A DNA stretch of 50,380 nucleotides from NCBI GenBank assembly GCA_030141605.1, contig JAQGDQ010001274.1:1-50380 (forward strand). Direction: 5' to 3'. The notes below the pieces were generated by a model. The model was given only the letters and a program-made list of their open reading frames with translations. It made no database searches and had not been told where the DNA came from. How positions within the stretch are numbered: position 1 is the first letter of the stretch; each line of letters opens with the position of its first letter. A program made the translations under genes and the position numbers. Shown in pieces: positions 26,567 to 39,244 of the stretch. The stretch is from Tubiluchus corallicola. Taxonomy: Eukaryota; Animalia; Priapulida.

Positions 26567-27350
26567 GATTGAAAAACCGTTAAAAAGCTTCTCGGAACTT
26601 TTTCTCTATTTATTTATTTATTATAATTTACAAGTCAGTACAATTCCATTAAATTCTACATCTGTCTGATAATGCACAAGTATTGCCCAATAACCAAACT
26701 GAGCATACTGTTAATGCAAGTGTAAGTAGTCTTCTGCTACGTGTTTTAAAGGTACATGGTAGTTACACTCTGTAATTCTTCCTGAGATGTTGAACTGCAT
26801 GCTGCTTCATTTTGTCTCGTTTTCTGTCTGTTCGCAGCTAGTCGATGTCAGCTAGATTCAATAACCGTAAATTGAATGTCTTACAGGAACGTTTCCCAGT
26901 TTCGCCGTTGACAACTGCAATTTCTGGGCGCCCATTCAGGTCAATTTATGCGATTTTCGTTGCGGAAACGATCCGTCATATTTGGAAATACGTCATGTAC
27001 GCGAAAGGCCTGAAGACTGCCTTCGTTTTCGTTAGGTGGAAGTGTAAAGTTACGCATCACAAATTGAACTAAAATTCGATAAAAAAGCTTTACGAATGTG
27101 TTTCCTTTCTACTTTTTATGTGTGAGTTTGTGAGACTGTCTGTGTGTCCGTTCGTGACCATATAAGAGTGGGTGGGGGAAGTTTTTTCCTGGCAATAACC
27201 TTGAACTGGCTAGAGGTTTCCTCTGGTATTGATCCCTCCTTCAAATAATTGCACGGTACATATAACCGAGTTGGCATTGCAGTCATTTGGGTTACCTTTT
27301 GTGCAAGCCTTTGTATCAACTAATGCACAACCTTTGTTGTTGATTTACAG

Positions 27351-27451
27351 GCTGTGACCACGCATCGACCGTCGTTCATTGCTATGCATTGCCAGGAAGT
27401 TGGTGGCAAGAATTATGAAGAGAGTATGCCTCATGTCAACCAGTTTGTCAA
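27351..27451 (+). CDS. INPP5A: INPP5A exon (101 bp): AVTTHRPSFIAMHCQEVGGKNYEESMPHVNQFV(K)
   Basis: TTTACAG / GTAAGC, phase 0/2. Contains the conserved HCQE-x-GGKNYE motif. Confidence 0.95.
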
Positions 27452-27454
27452 GTA

Positions 27455-27753
27455 AGCATTGATTGCAATATATTAAAGTAAAAGGCAACCACTTTTATGT
27501 AATAGTATATAGATAGCATTGATTACAATATATTAAAGGAAAAGGCAACCACTTTTATGTAATAGTATATATATAGCATTGATTATAATATATTAAAGGA
27601 AAAGGCAACCACTTTTATGTAATAGTATATATATAGCATTGATTATAATATATTAAAGGAAAAGGCAACCACTTTTATGTAGTAGTATATATATATAGAG
27701 CATTGATTACAATATATTAAAGGAAAAGGCAACCACTTTTATGTAATAGTATA
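27455..27753 (+). repeat. ~60-bp minisatellite x5 starting at intron position +4
   Basis: AGCATTGATTACAATATATTAAAGGAAAAGGCAACCACTTTTATGTAATAGTATATATAT. Confidence 0.95.
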
Positions 27754-27865
27754 CTCGTCTTTCTCCTCCCGCTGCTACTACTATTTGTTTATTAGAGAAA
27801 AACATCATTACAGGCGTTTTTCTCTAATAAACAAATAGTAGTAGCAGCGGGAAGAGAAAGACGAG
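27754..27865. other. Near-perfect hairpin: 50-bp stem (1 mismatch), 12-nt loop
   Basis: CTCGTCTTTCTCCTCCCGCTGCTACTACTATTTGTTTATTAGAGAAAAAC-ATCATTACAGGC-GTTTTTCTCTAATAAACAAATAGTAGTAGCAGCGGGAAGAGAAAGACGAG. Confidence 0.95.
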
Positions 27866-28859
27866 GAAAAAGTTTGCGTATTTGTAATTATAAGACCGTC
27901 AGTCTGTCACCTTGCAACTACTGCCATAGCTTTGTATAATTGCTCGGCTATAGCAATAAATTAACTACTGCCACTTTTATGTATATTAAAATATCACACT
28001 TCACGCAAACATGTCATACATTTTGAATCACTCCAGTTATTTTGGTATACTTTCAGACCTATCAATAATTGGAAAATAGTTTATATAAGTTACAAGTAGA
28101 AAATTCGCCTCTTTTTTGCAGTCATCAGAACTGATTGATGAATCGTGGCCAGTTTATAAACTACACTTGCTGACAATAACATTTCTTTAATACCGTATAT
28201 AAAATTAACAGTTTCTTCACGTAAGTAATAAAATTAAGCGTCTTGCCTCGACTTGTATCTCGGAATTTCTTCTTCTTCATTTATATTCGATAGCGATTAT
28301 GGCAACAGCAGAAATCTTTTTTATACGTTTGGTAGTGGATGCGGCTGATGAGTGAAACATGAGGAATGTGCGACTGTATGTATGCCAACCGTAGTAGATT
28401 TGCTGTGCATGCAAGACACGAACTTTTTTGTTGTTTTTTGCTTAGCAAGGAGCTTGGCATATTTCGCATATTCAAAATACATCGGATCGGTTGCTTGTAA
28501 CGCCGCTGCCACATTCCGTATGCAGATGTTGTGCTCCCTAATTCTGTTTAATATTGTTGAGTGAGAACAGTACTACTGATGGAAAAATTGCCAATACGTA
28601 GCAACCTGAATCCTTTTTTCATGATGAGACTATACCCACGAGAATTGGATATAAATGTGAACGTGTCTTTACCTGTTTTTTGCGCGGCACGTGGACTAGG
28701 TGATGGAAACCAGAGTCTTGCATTGACGTGTATGCTCACTCAAAAATAACGTTCTCTAAAATGAGTGAAAGAATAAAAAAATAGTCGGCATAGGTCTTCG
28801 TGAGATGGATTGCTGTGCAGACTTACTTGTGGTTCATTACGTTTCAGTTATGACTTCTA

Positions 28860-29230
28860 AATTTCAGAATTGAAACTGTATTTTACCCTGAATTTCAGAA
28901 TTGAAACTGTATTTTACCCTGAATTTCAGAATTGAAACTGTATTTTACCCTGAATTTCAGAATTGAAACTGTATTTTACCCTGAATTTCAGAATTGGAAC
29001 TGTATTTTACACTGAATTTCAGAATTGGAACTGTTTTTTACCCTGAATTTCAGAATTGAAACTGTATTTTACCCTGAATTTCAGAATTGGAACTGTATTT
29101 TACCCTGAATTTCAGAATTGGAACTGTATTTTACCCTGAATTTCAGAATTGGAACTGTATTTTACCCTGAATTTCAGAATTGGAACTGTATTTTACCCTG
29201 AATTTCAGAATTGGAACTGTATTTTACACT
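28860..29230 (+). repeat. 31-bp minisatellite x12
   Basis: AATTTCAGAATTGRAACTGTATTTTACCCTG. Confidence 0.95.
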
Positions 29231-29497
29231 AACTCGAGGGCCTCGACCTTCTTGAATATCTACAACCATTTTGCATTCGTGGGTGGCTAGTCACATAAAA
29301 GTGAGACTGATAAAACTCTAATCCGCTTTTTCTCAATTTCAGTAGACCGCTTATAAAAGTATTATGATCTTGAGCAGTGTTTGAGTTGACTTTTTACTGT
29401 TTCAGTAGGCGTACTCGGGCTCATAAAAATTTGTTCTTCATTCTTTGTTCTATATGACTGCTTCACAGCCTCACTAGAATTGTCATTAGTGAGCTAT

Positions 29498-29810
29498 ATA
29501 CATACATACATACACACATACATGCATACTCACATACATACATACATACATACATACATACATACATACATACATACATACATACATACATACATACATA
29601 CATACATACATACATACATACATACATACATACATACATACATACATACATACACACATACATACATACATACATACATACATACATACATACATACATA
29701 CATACATACATACATACATACATACATACATACATACATACATACATACATACATACATACATACATACATACATACATACATACATACATACATACATA
29801 CATACACATA
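29498..29810. repeat. (ACAT)n microsatellite
   Basis: Direct reading. Confidence 0.95.
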
Positions 29811-30390
29811 TTACGTCATCGTTGCCATCGTCATCATCATCATCATTACATTTTCCATTATCCTCACTCAGGTACAATCGTCGTCATTCCTAGCTTTGCC
29901 GTGGCTGCTACCATCATCATCATCATCGTCATGGTCAATATAGTATTACTTTCACCACTTCTCTCAATACCAACACCTACATCGTCAATTGAAACGTTGC
30001 TGAATAGTGAATTTTGACGACTCCTTTCTATTTAGAAGGCAGGACCAGTACCTATTTTCGAAGATCTTAAGAATGACTTTGGTTAGACTTCCCATGTAAC
30101 TGATTGCAGTTCGTTAATTAACATATGCATTGTCAGTTCACCACAACCTTCCTGCTCATTATCACAGTCAGTACATAAAAGTAAAAACCAGAAGTGCAAA
30201 TTAAGAATTTTCTTTTTCATTTATATGTGTGTCTTTCAAACACGTAAACATAATGCAAAGTAATATAATTTCATATGGAAAGGTTTTTGAGACATACTTT
30301 AAAATTTCCTTTTCTTGCCCTTTAACAATTTGAGCAAATGAACCTGTGTCGAACTCTTTGAATTTGGACTGTAACCAGTTGCCTGACCCA

Positions 30391-30565
30391 TGGGTGTGGG
30401 TGGGTGTTTGGGTGGTTGGGTGTGTGTGTGTGTGTGTGCGTGTGCGTGTGTGTGTGTGTGTGTGTATATGTGTGTGTGTGGGGGGGTGTATGTGGGTGTA
30501 CACTATGTATGCACATAATAAATATATATAAACGTATATATATATATACATATATATATACATAC

Positions 30566-30606
<41 letters not shown>
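30391..30606. repeat. Compound (TG)n/(TA)n microsatellite
   Basis: Direct reading. Confidence 0.9.
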
Positions 30607-30853
30607 GTTAATATGCAACACTAAGACGTATATATGTAAATACTTCGTTATATCCCGGTTGTCAGGTACATCTTAATATTCTTACAAATTAACCATAATA
30701 AATTACTCTTGTTTTTACAGCAGTGGTCAGTTATTACTTGCAAAATAATGTTTGCTGACCTCTCTTGTAGTTGTATGTTGCCCGTTGCCATTACATAGAA
30801 CTGTCTGCCATTATATAACTGTTTGCCACAAACATATAATATGATTTTTGCGA

Positions 30854-32056
30854 TACATGAGAAACTTTACCGTTTCGTTTTAAAACATGAGAAACCTTAC
30901 AGTTTCGTTTTAAATACATGAAAAACCTTACCGTTTCGTTTTAAATACACGAGAAACCTTACCGTTTCGTTTTAAATACATGAGAAACCTTACCGTTTCG
31001 TTTTAAATACATGAGAAACCTTACCGTTTCGTTTTAAATACATGAGAAACCTTACCATTTCGTTTTAAATACATGAGAAACCTTACCGTTTCGTTTTAAA
31101 TACATGAGAAACCTTACCGTTTCGTTTTAAATACATGAGAAACCTTACCATTTCGTTTTAAATACATGAGAAACCTTACCGTTTCGTTTTAAATACATGA
31201 GAAACCTTACCGTTTCGTTTTAAATACATGAGAAACCTTACCGTTTCGTTTTAAATACATGAGAAACCTTACCGTTTCGTTTTAAATACATGAAAAACCT
31301 TACCGTTTCGTTTTAAATACACGAGAAACCTTACCGTTTCGTTTTAAATACATGAGAAACCTTACCGTTTCGTTTTAAATACATGAGAAACCTTACCGTT
31401 TCGTTTTAAATACATGAGAAACCTTACCATTTCGTTTTAAATACACGAGAAACCTTACCGTTTCGTTTTAAAACATGAGAAACCTTACCATTTCGTTTTA
31501 AATACACGAGAAACCTTACCGTTTCGTTTTAAATACATGAGAAACCTTACCGTTTCGTTTTAAATACATGAGAAACCTTACCGTTTCGTTTTAAATACAT
31601 GAGAAACCTTACCATTTCGTTTTAAATACACGAGAAACCTTACCGTTTCGTTTTAAATACATGAGAAACCTTACCGTTTCGTTTTAAATACATGAGAAAC
31701 CTTACCGTTTCGTTTTAAATACATGAGAAACCTTACCATTTCGTTTTAAATACATGAGAAACCTTACCGTTTCGTTTTAAATACATGAGAAACCTTACCG
31801 TTTCGTTTTAAATACATGAGAAACCTTACAGTTTCGTTTTAAATACATGAAAAACCTTACCGTTTCGTTTTAAATACACGAGAAACCTTACCGTTTCGTT
31901 TTAAATACATGAGAAACCTTACCGTTTCGTTTTAAATACATGAGAAACCTTACCGTTTCGTTTTAAATACATGAGAAACCTTACCATTTCGTTTTAAATA
32001 CACGAGAAACCTTACCGTTTCGTTTTAAAACATGAGAAACCTTACAGTTTCGTTTT
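30854..32056 (+). repeat. 31-bp minisatellite x~38 ending at a splice acceptor
   Basis: ACATGAGAAACCTTACCGTTTCGTTTTAAAT. Confidence 0.95.
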
Positions 32057-32067
32057 GCTTGTTACAG

Positions 32068-32155
32068 ATTACTAATTGCCAGAAAAGAGCTGAACTCATA
32101 TGACAGGTTACGAATATATTTGGATGAAGATTATACACAGAATGACAAATTTACC
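32068..32155 (+). CDS. INPP5A: INPP5A exon (88 bp): (K)LLIARKELNSYDRLRIYLDEDYTQNDKFT
   Basis: GTTACAG / GTAAGT, phase 2/0. YLDE-x-Y...FT motif. Confidence 0.95.
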
Positions 32156-32506
32156 GTAAGTATAACCATAGTTATAATAATTACAATTGTGTTTAACAGC
32201 ACTTGTGATTCACAAGAAAGTGTTCGTCTATGAAACCGATTTTGTTGCAGTCATGAAATTTACACAACAGACGTGGAGGAACCCACTTCTTTGCACCTTC
32301 CCTTCTGGGGAGTCTGTAAGGAATGATTTCACTGACTTGTAGGACAACTCTGTCACCACCAAAAAATCAATAAAATATTGATTTCTACAACTCAGAAGCT
32401 GATTTAACTAATTAGTTCCTTTGTGAGGGTTTTTTGGACAAGAAAATGGCTTAGCAGTGATTAGATGTACATTTTGCAGTCTTGTCATTAGAGAGAACCT
32501 TGATAG

Positions 32507-33808
32507 AAACTGATAGATGAGTGTATTAAAGTTAAACTGATAGATGAGTGTATTAAAGTTAAACTGATAGATGAGTGTATTAAAGTTAAACTGATAGATG
32601 AGTGTATTAAAGTTAAACTGATAGATGAGTGTATTAAAGTTAAACTGATAGATGAGTGTATTAAAGTTAAACTGATAGATGAGTGTATTAAAGTTAAACT
32701 GATAGATGAGTGTATTAAAGTTAAACTGATAGATGAGTGTATTAAAGTTAAACTGATAGATGAGTGTATTAAAGTTAAACTGATAGATGAGTGTATTAAA
32801 GTTAAACTGATAGATGAGTGTATTAAAGTTAAACTGATAGATGAGTGTATTAAAGTTAAACTGATAGATGAGTGTATTAAAGTTAAACTGATAGATGAGT
32901 GTATTAAAGTTAAACTGATAGATGAGTGTATTAAAGTTAAACTGATAGATGAGTGTATTAAAGTTAAACTGATAGATGAGTGTATTAAAGTTAAACTGAT
33001 AGATGAGTGTATTAAAGTTAAACTGATAGATGAGTGTATTAAAGTTAAACTGATAGATGAGTGTATTAAAGTTAAACTGATAGATGAGTGTATTAAAGTT
33101 AAACTGATAGATGGGTGTATTAAACTTAAACTGATAGATGAGTGTATTAAACTTAAACTGATAGATGAGTGTACTAAAGTTAAACTGATAGATGAGTGTA
33201 TTAAAGTTAAACTGATAGATGAGTGTATTAAAGTTAAACTGATAGATGAGTGTACTAAAGTTAGACTGATAGATGAGTGTACTAAAGTTAAACTGATAGA
33301 TGAGTGTATTAAAGTTAAACTGATAGATGAGTGTTTTAAAGTTAAACTGATAGATGAGTGCATTAAAGTTAAACTGATAGATGGGTGTATTAAACTTAAA
33401 CTGATAGATGAGTGTATTAAACTTAAACTGATAGATGAGTGCATTAAAGTTAAACTGATAGATGAGTGCATTAAAGTTAAACTGATAGATGAGTGTATTA
33501 AAGTTAAACTGATAGATGAGTGCACTAAACTTAAACTGATAGATGAGTGTATTAAAGTTAAACTGATAGATGAGTGTATTAAAGTTAAACTGATAGATGA
33601 GTGTATTAAAGTTAAACTGATAGATGAGTGTATTAAAGTTAAACTGATAGATGAGTGTATTAAAGTTAAACTGATAGATGAGTGTATTAAAGTTAAACTG
33701 GTAGATGAGTGTATTAAAGTTAAACTGATAGATGAGTGTATTAAAGTTAAACTGATAGATGAGTGTATTAAACTTAAACTGATAGATGAGTGTATTAAAC
33801 TTAAACTG
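32507..33808 (+). repeat. 27-bp minisatellite x~48
   Basis: AAACTGATAGATGAGTGTATTAAAGTT. Confidence 0.97.
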
Positions 33809-34175
33809 GTGGAAATGTATCCAGAGTTTTGGGGACTTATCTCAGCTTTAATATACAGGAAAAATTGACCTAATGATAAACTCATGAAACACTGAGCTGC
33901 ATCCAGTGTTGTCCATGAGAGTTACATTTTCTTACTGGCCCTATTTATAATCAGCCATTATTTGTCAATTATATTGTATCAGGGTTTCATTTCCTTCAGA
34001 CGTTATCTCTCTGGATGACGGGATGTTTCCTGGAACAGCACAATTTAAGGTTATCGGATTTGTAAGATATATTGTGTAAAACGAAACTTAATTTATGGCA
34101 GTGGTTTTAGTACAATATGAAGAACACATTATATGAAATTGTATTTTTTACTTCTTTCATGTTTTGTAATTGACA

Positions 34176-34747
34176 CAGTGGGGTAGCTAATGGGGGAGCA
34201 AGAAGAGCAACCGCTCCCCCTAGCACATTTTTTCCAAATTTGGCACCTTTTCAACAATTTTTTTGTTCACCTGTGCGGTTGCTGAACGATCCTTCAGTCG
34301 GCTGAAACAGATAAAGTCCTGCCTTCTTTCTACAAAGGATAGGATGTGAGGGTTAGCTTTGCTCTCCATTGAAAGAGAGTTGGCTACTGAGCTGGATTAT
34401 AATAAAGTTATAAATTACTTTGCTAGAATGAAGCCTAGCTGAAAGAGACTGTTGTAGTTCCTCCATTATCACAATCCTTCATTTTGTTAAAATAATTAAA
34501 ATAATTAAGTAACACAAATGTTTTTATTATGATTTGATATTTATGATCTTACTGTAAAACCTTTAATTGTTTTAATTTTAGATACAAAATGGTAATGATG
34601 CACTTCTTTTCCTCTATCTTCCTCGTGTTTTGATTTTAACCACAAAATTAAAATTATAATCAGTGCATTGAAAATTGTTTGGTGTGTGTTACGGCACCTT
34701 TTTTACGTGCTTGCTCCCCTTGACTTTAGATCCTGGCTACGCCCCTG
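34176..34747 (+). mobile_element. Deleted hAT transposon retaining a decayed C-terminal dimerisation domain (34275-34457)
   Basis: Termini CAGTGGGGTAGCTA / TGGCTACGCCCCTG. Internal frame AVAERSFSRLKQIKSCLLSTKDRM*GLALLSIERELATELDYNKVINYFARMK. No matching TSD seen. Confidence 0.8.
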
Positions 34748-35065
34748 AAGGAGTCTATTTCCAGAAACCTATTATCTCAGATTCCTGCAAGTAATCAAAA
34801 TAAATAAATAAGATATTTAAATAAATAAAATTGATGAAATTGCAAAAAAAGCTAAATTCGAGCCTTAACTTAGATGTCTGTGATGTTTTTGAAAAGTTTT
34901 GCATATTCGCTTATCTTATCAACAATTCTTCAAAATGGTGGGGACATTGTGATTATTCTAACTGCTCCCAAAACTTTAACACATATATTTCATTTACAGC
35001 AACATTTAAACTTCAAAAGCACATTTAGACTTGCAGTAATATTTTTATCCAGCATTGTGAGTTGA

Positions 35066-35415
35066 CGAGGGAGTGAGCATTCTCTACCACAAATCGAATC
35101 AAATTTATGGCCTTAGAATTCGAATCGAACCGAATTCCAGTATTTTGAATCGAATTCGAATTGATTTTGAAAGATTTTCGAACCACCAGTAAAAGTGATC
35201 TTGCAAAGATCGTGCATATTGCTTGATTTTGAGCTCTGCAGTAAAACCGCTGATAACTTATTTAAAAATTGTGCACAGAAATCAAGACTGAGCTTTGCCA
35301 ATTGCATGATGTTTCAAACTTTTTAATGATAAAGAATGTATGTGGTTGAAGTGCTGAATTATTTGAACCTATAATTTTAGGTTCGAATCGAATTCGAACG
35401 TTCGACGATCACCCA
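35066..35415. mobile_element. Possible decayed MITE with TTCGAATCGAA subterminal repeats
   Basis: Clusters of TTCGAATCGAA at 35093-35160 and 35382-35405; termini and TSD not resolved. Confidence 0.4.
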
Positions 35416-36389
35416 TATTGGTGGCTGAGATACTGAATACATTTTATTGCATAAACGATTGTAAATATCCTTCTATGTCTTCACTGCTTCCTTACGACCA
35501 CCTGTAGAATTAAGTCTTGGTGAGAATGGTAAGTTGATTCTCTCATGAAAGAATGTCGTCACCCTATGAAACAGCCAGTACAATCCAGAACATGAGAATC
35601 TCGCACAAATGTGTGCATTAGTTCTAGATAAATCAGAATTCGGATAATTCTAGATGTTGTAGTGTTCGGCTGACGGAAAATTTCTTGAACGTTTTGGAAA
35701 AATTAGGATCAAATTGAAATTCTTAATTAATGGCATTTTATTCAACAAACTTGCATTCAAGAAAACTGTAAGGTGTTTGTTTATTAGGACCAATGCTGTT
35801 GCTAGATAGGCTAAACAGGTACAGTTGACGTATTTGAACAAAGATTATAATTTTTTATCTCTTTTTCTCTTTCCTAGCTCACCATTCTGAAATTTATTTA
35901 TGAAAACAAATACTTTGTAGGAATATGGTGGTACAGAACTTATTTCATTGCCATTTATACTAGCATGAATTACACTTGGATTTTTATAGTTTCTCTGAAC
36001 TTGTATTCTTATATTTTCTGCACTTCATGATTGCGCTGAATCGTAATAAAATTTATTGAAGTTCCATACACTCTGTAGTGTACACGTAGAGTGAGTGAAA
36101 AAATATTGCTGTAGTTGAAAGTAGTGCAAATGTGCTAATTAATTTGAATGCACAAATGAGTATCCGGTGTATCTTGCTCTTCAGAATATTGATGTAAAAA
36201 GTTCATTTAATTAATTGCTGATTGTAAATAATTAAATATGTAATTTAGCAAACTGTAAGTGATGGTTCGTAGACTGCTCGACGATCATGACGTCTAATAC
36301 ATATTAGTTCTAGTTTGTTAATGGCTGATTTGTAAAAACACACATTGTGCTGTGCATTTGACTGAATATTTTATTTTGTATTTTTACAG

Positions 36390-36453
36390 GCTCTAGGCAA
36401 CTTGTATTTTGTTCACGAAAGCGTAAAAAATGTCCATTTATGGGATTTTCGGG
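36390..36453 (+). CDS. INPP5A: INPP5A exon (64 bp): ALGNLYFVHESVKNVHLWDFR
   Basis: TTTTTACAG / GTACGT, phase 0/1. ALG-x-x-YF-x-HES motif. Confidence 0.95.
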
Positions 36454-36707
36454 GTACGTATGCAAATTCTGCACCGTGTTAAAGTTTTGCTCGTATCTTT
36501 CCTCGGGAAATTTCGCATCCTGGCACCTCCGTCTTTGTGACGTCCCCGTGCTTACCTCCATTTCTTTTTTCCTTCGCATTATCATTATCATTTTTCTTCA
36601 TCTTCTTGCATCATTGTGAATTTTTGCAAATCTGTTTGAGCATTTGTAGTAGCCTACATTCAGACGCGCACGCATGCACGCACGCACGCGCACACACACA
36701 CACACAC

Positions 36708-37272
36708 CAGGGATGTTACCTTTCGTTTCGGTTTACCGATAATTGCACTTTCGATTGAGTTTCGTTTTCGTCGAAAATTATTAAATTTTCGAACTTTCTG
36801 TAATTTTCTGTAGCATTTTTCCAAGGTTTTAGTAGTGTTTAGCCCTCTTACGTTTTTTCTGCTAAATGTTAAAAATCGCTGAAAAGTTTTGGTTAAAATG
36901 GTTGAAGTAAAGCATAAATATCGTTTATTTAACTTTTTATACCATTTGTAGCATGCTTTTTATAGCAATATGGCGTATCTCCAGCGCTGACGACCGCGAA
37001 GCTTTAGAAACAATCAACCGAAATATCAAAGCGTAAAAATTTGAAGATCTTTCACCATTGCTTTACCTTTTTAGTTCATCGAACTTGTGCCCGAGTAAAT
37101 ATGAGCAAATAAGTAAAAGCCAAGTATTTCATTTATTTCACAATGTTTTCAGTTTGGATAGTAGTTGGTTTTTTGCGAAAATGATTTCTGTTCGGTTCCA
37201 TTTCGGTATCGGTTTTCTATGCTTCTTTAATTTCGGTTTCTGTTTGTAGTTTCAGCTTCGGTAACGTCCCTG
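36708..37272 (+). mobile_element. hAT-type MITE inserted into a (CA)n/(CGCA)n tract
   Basis: TIR CAGGGATGTTACC / GGTAACGTCCCTG; 8-bp flanks ACACACAC / ACACGCAC; TTTCGGT subterminal repeats. Confidence 0.8.
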
Positions 37273-38425
37273 ACACGCACACACATGCACGCACACGCAC
37301 GCATACACACGATGCTGTTGCTAAACCTGAAGTTTTTGGATTTATTCAAGGAAAACTGGTAACCATAAAGGTTTATTGTAGCAAAAATTATCCATTACAT
37401 CCATAAACCTGCATTATTGCTGCACTTTAAAATAGTTGTTGTCTGAAATGAAATTCATCTATTTTGAGAATTTGTGCTTGTTGTTTGCCTTGAATCAGGT
37501 ATTTCTATGTAATCTTTGACCCAAGGCAGAATAATATTCTGCTAAACGCAATTAATATTTTGCTGCTAGTAAAAAAGTTTCCTAGTACATCATAAAGACA
37601 TAAAAACCTTGTTAAATGGTTGAAAAATATGCTGACTTTGCTTTGACCTCCAATTCAAATGCAATATTAAACACTTTGATACGATGTAATTGGTGCATTT
37701 TCATTTATCTAGATGTTTCTGTTTTAAATTTTTATTCTTTTTTTTTGATATTACCTTAATTGCAAGAAAGTTTATCACAAAATTTAATTTTCCTGATGTT
37801 AGTTGTGAAAAAGTTCCTCTGCTGTTTCATATTTTCTGATATTGGCTATTTCATCTTTTAAATTGGAACTTGACCAGTTCACAATTATTGCACTTGTTTT
37901 GTCTTTATGAATTTGGTCAATAAATCTTAGGCCTGTCAATTCGTGTCAGCTAGAGCCGTAATTACAGTATTTCATGACTTGGGAGGTTTCATTAGAGTTG
38001 GGGTGTAAATTTTAATTAAACCGCATGTAACTACTGTAGCCAGTGTTATTAAAAATTAATGCTACATGGCAGTCAGTCGTAAACGCGTATTGTTAATCAT
38101 TATTGCGTAGGGCAGACGCCGATTCTGTTGTTTGTTACTGTGAAACCGTATTGAAAGAAAATTTTGTTCAATCTTACATTTGCAATCCAAGTAGCTGCCA
38201 TTTCCATCTGCTTAGGTTTATGATAAAACTGTTTCGATGGCGGTTTTTCTCAGAATTGCCTTAACGTTGTCCGATTATGTCTACACGTATATGAAGAGCT
38301 GATTATATATGCAAAAAACATAAATACGATCAAGAAGCAGTTAAATGAAAGACATAAAAGTAGGAGGAAAAATAATCCCAAAAAGACATAAGTGAATGGG
38401 CGTGGCAATAACCAGCAGTTTTCTC

Positions 38426-38655
38426 GATGTTAGGCAATGGTTGGTTCTTAATGTGTGACTATTTTGTGGTTAGTTTAGATGAACATACTGTCTGTCGAAG
38501 GGCAGAGTTTTGTAAGTATGTCTAGGGACTGTTAATTCACGGTGTTAGGCAATTGTTGGTTCTCAAAGTGTGACTACTTTGTGGTTAGTTTAGATGAACA
38601 TACTGTCTGTAGAAGGGCAGAGTTTTGTAAGTGTGTCTAGGGACTATTAATTCAG
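38426..38655 (+). repeat. ~115-bp tandem duplication
   Basis: TGTTAGGCAAT...GTCTAGGGACT-TTAATTCA occurs twice. Confidence 0.9.
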
Positions 38656-38887
38656 GTAGACATCTGCTTAATATAGACAAGGCAGCAGTTCCTGCACAGC
38701 ATAATGCTTAGGAACTAATCTTCTAAAAAGCGGAAATTATAAGTTGAGTGTCAGATGGGTTTTTGTTAGGCGTATTATTGTAAAACAATGCATTACTAAA
38801 ATAATACATCACTATCCCCTAAAGAGTAAGAGTTTATTATGGTATTTTGTGTAGCTTTTGTTTATAATAAATATTTTCTCATTTCAG

Positions 38888-38919
38888 AATCACGGTTTAA
38901 AGTTTTGGACGATCGACAG
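38888..38919 (+). CDS. INPP5A: INPP5A micro-exon (32 bp): (E)SRFKVLDDRQ
   Basis: TTTCTCATTTCAG / GTGAGA, phase 1/0. Required to reconcile the frames of the flanking exons. Confidence 0.75.
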
Positions 38920-39244
38920 GTGAGATTAATTAGCTTAATCTGTACAATGTGCAACCGTAAAACTAAGTCGCTAGAACTAACACTATTGCAATGTTTCACA
39001 CTACACCTTTCACACTACACGTTTGACACTATGCTTCGTAACATAGAATTGCAATGTTGCTGTGTCATGTTGTTGTGCTGCATCTGGTATCAGTATCAAC
39101 TTGACGTCAAATTTTGACGTTGTAGGGTTGCAATAAAGCAGCATTGCAAGTTACCACCTCGTTTGCTGGTGTTGTAAATAATAGTGTCTGAACTCCTTTC
39201 ACTACATTGTCATGTTTTGCTGCTATAGAAATCAATGCCAGAAA

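Noticed and set aside
28860-33808. 27-31-bp repeat arrays as CRISPR arrays
   Set aside because: Units are head-to-tail with no unique spacers, there are no cas genes, and the context is a eukaryotic intron.
32488-33885. 465-aa ORF of LTLIHSSIS repeats
   Set aside because: Read-through of a stop-free 27-bp minisatellite antisense to an INPP5A intron.
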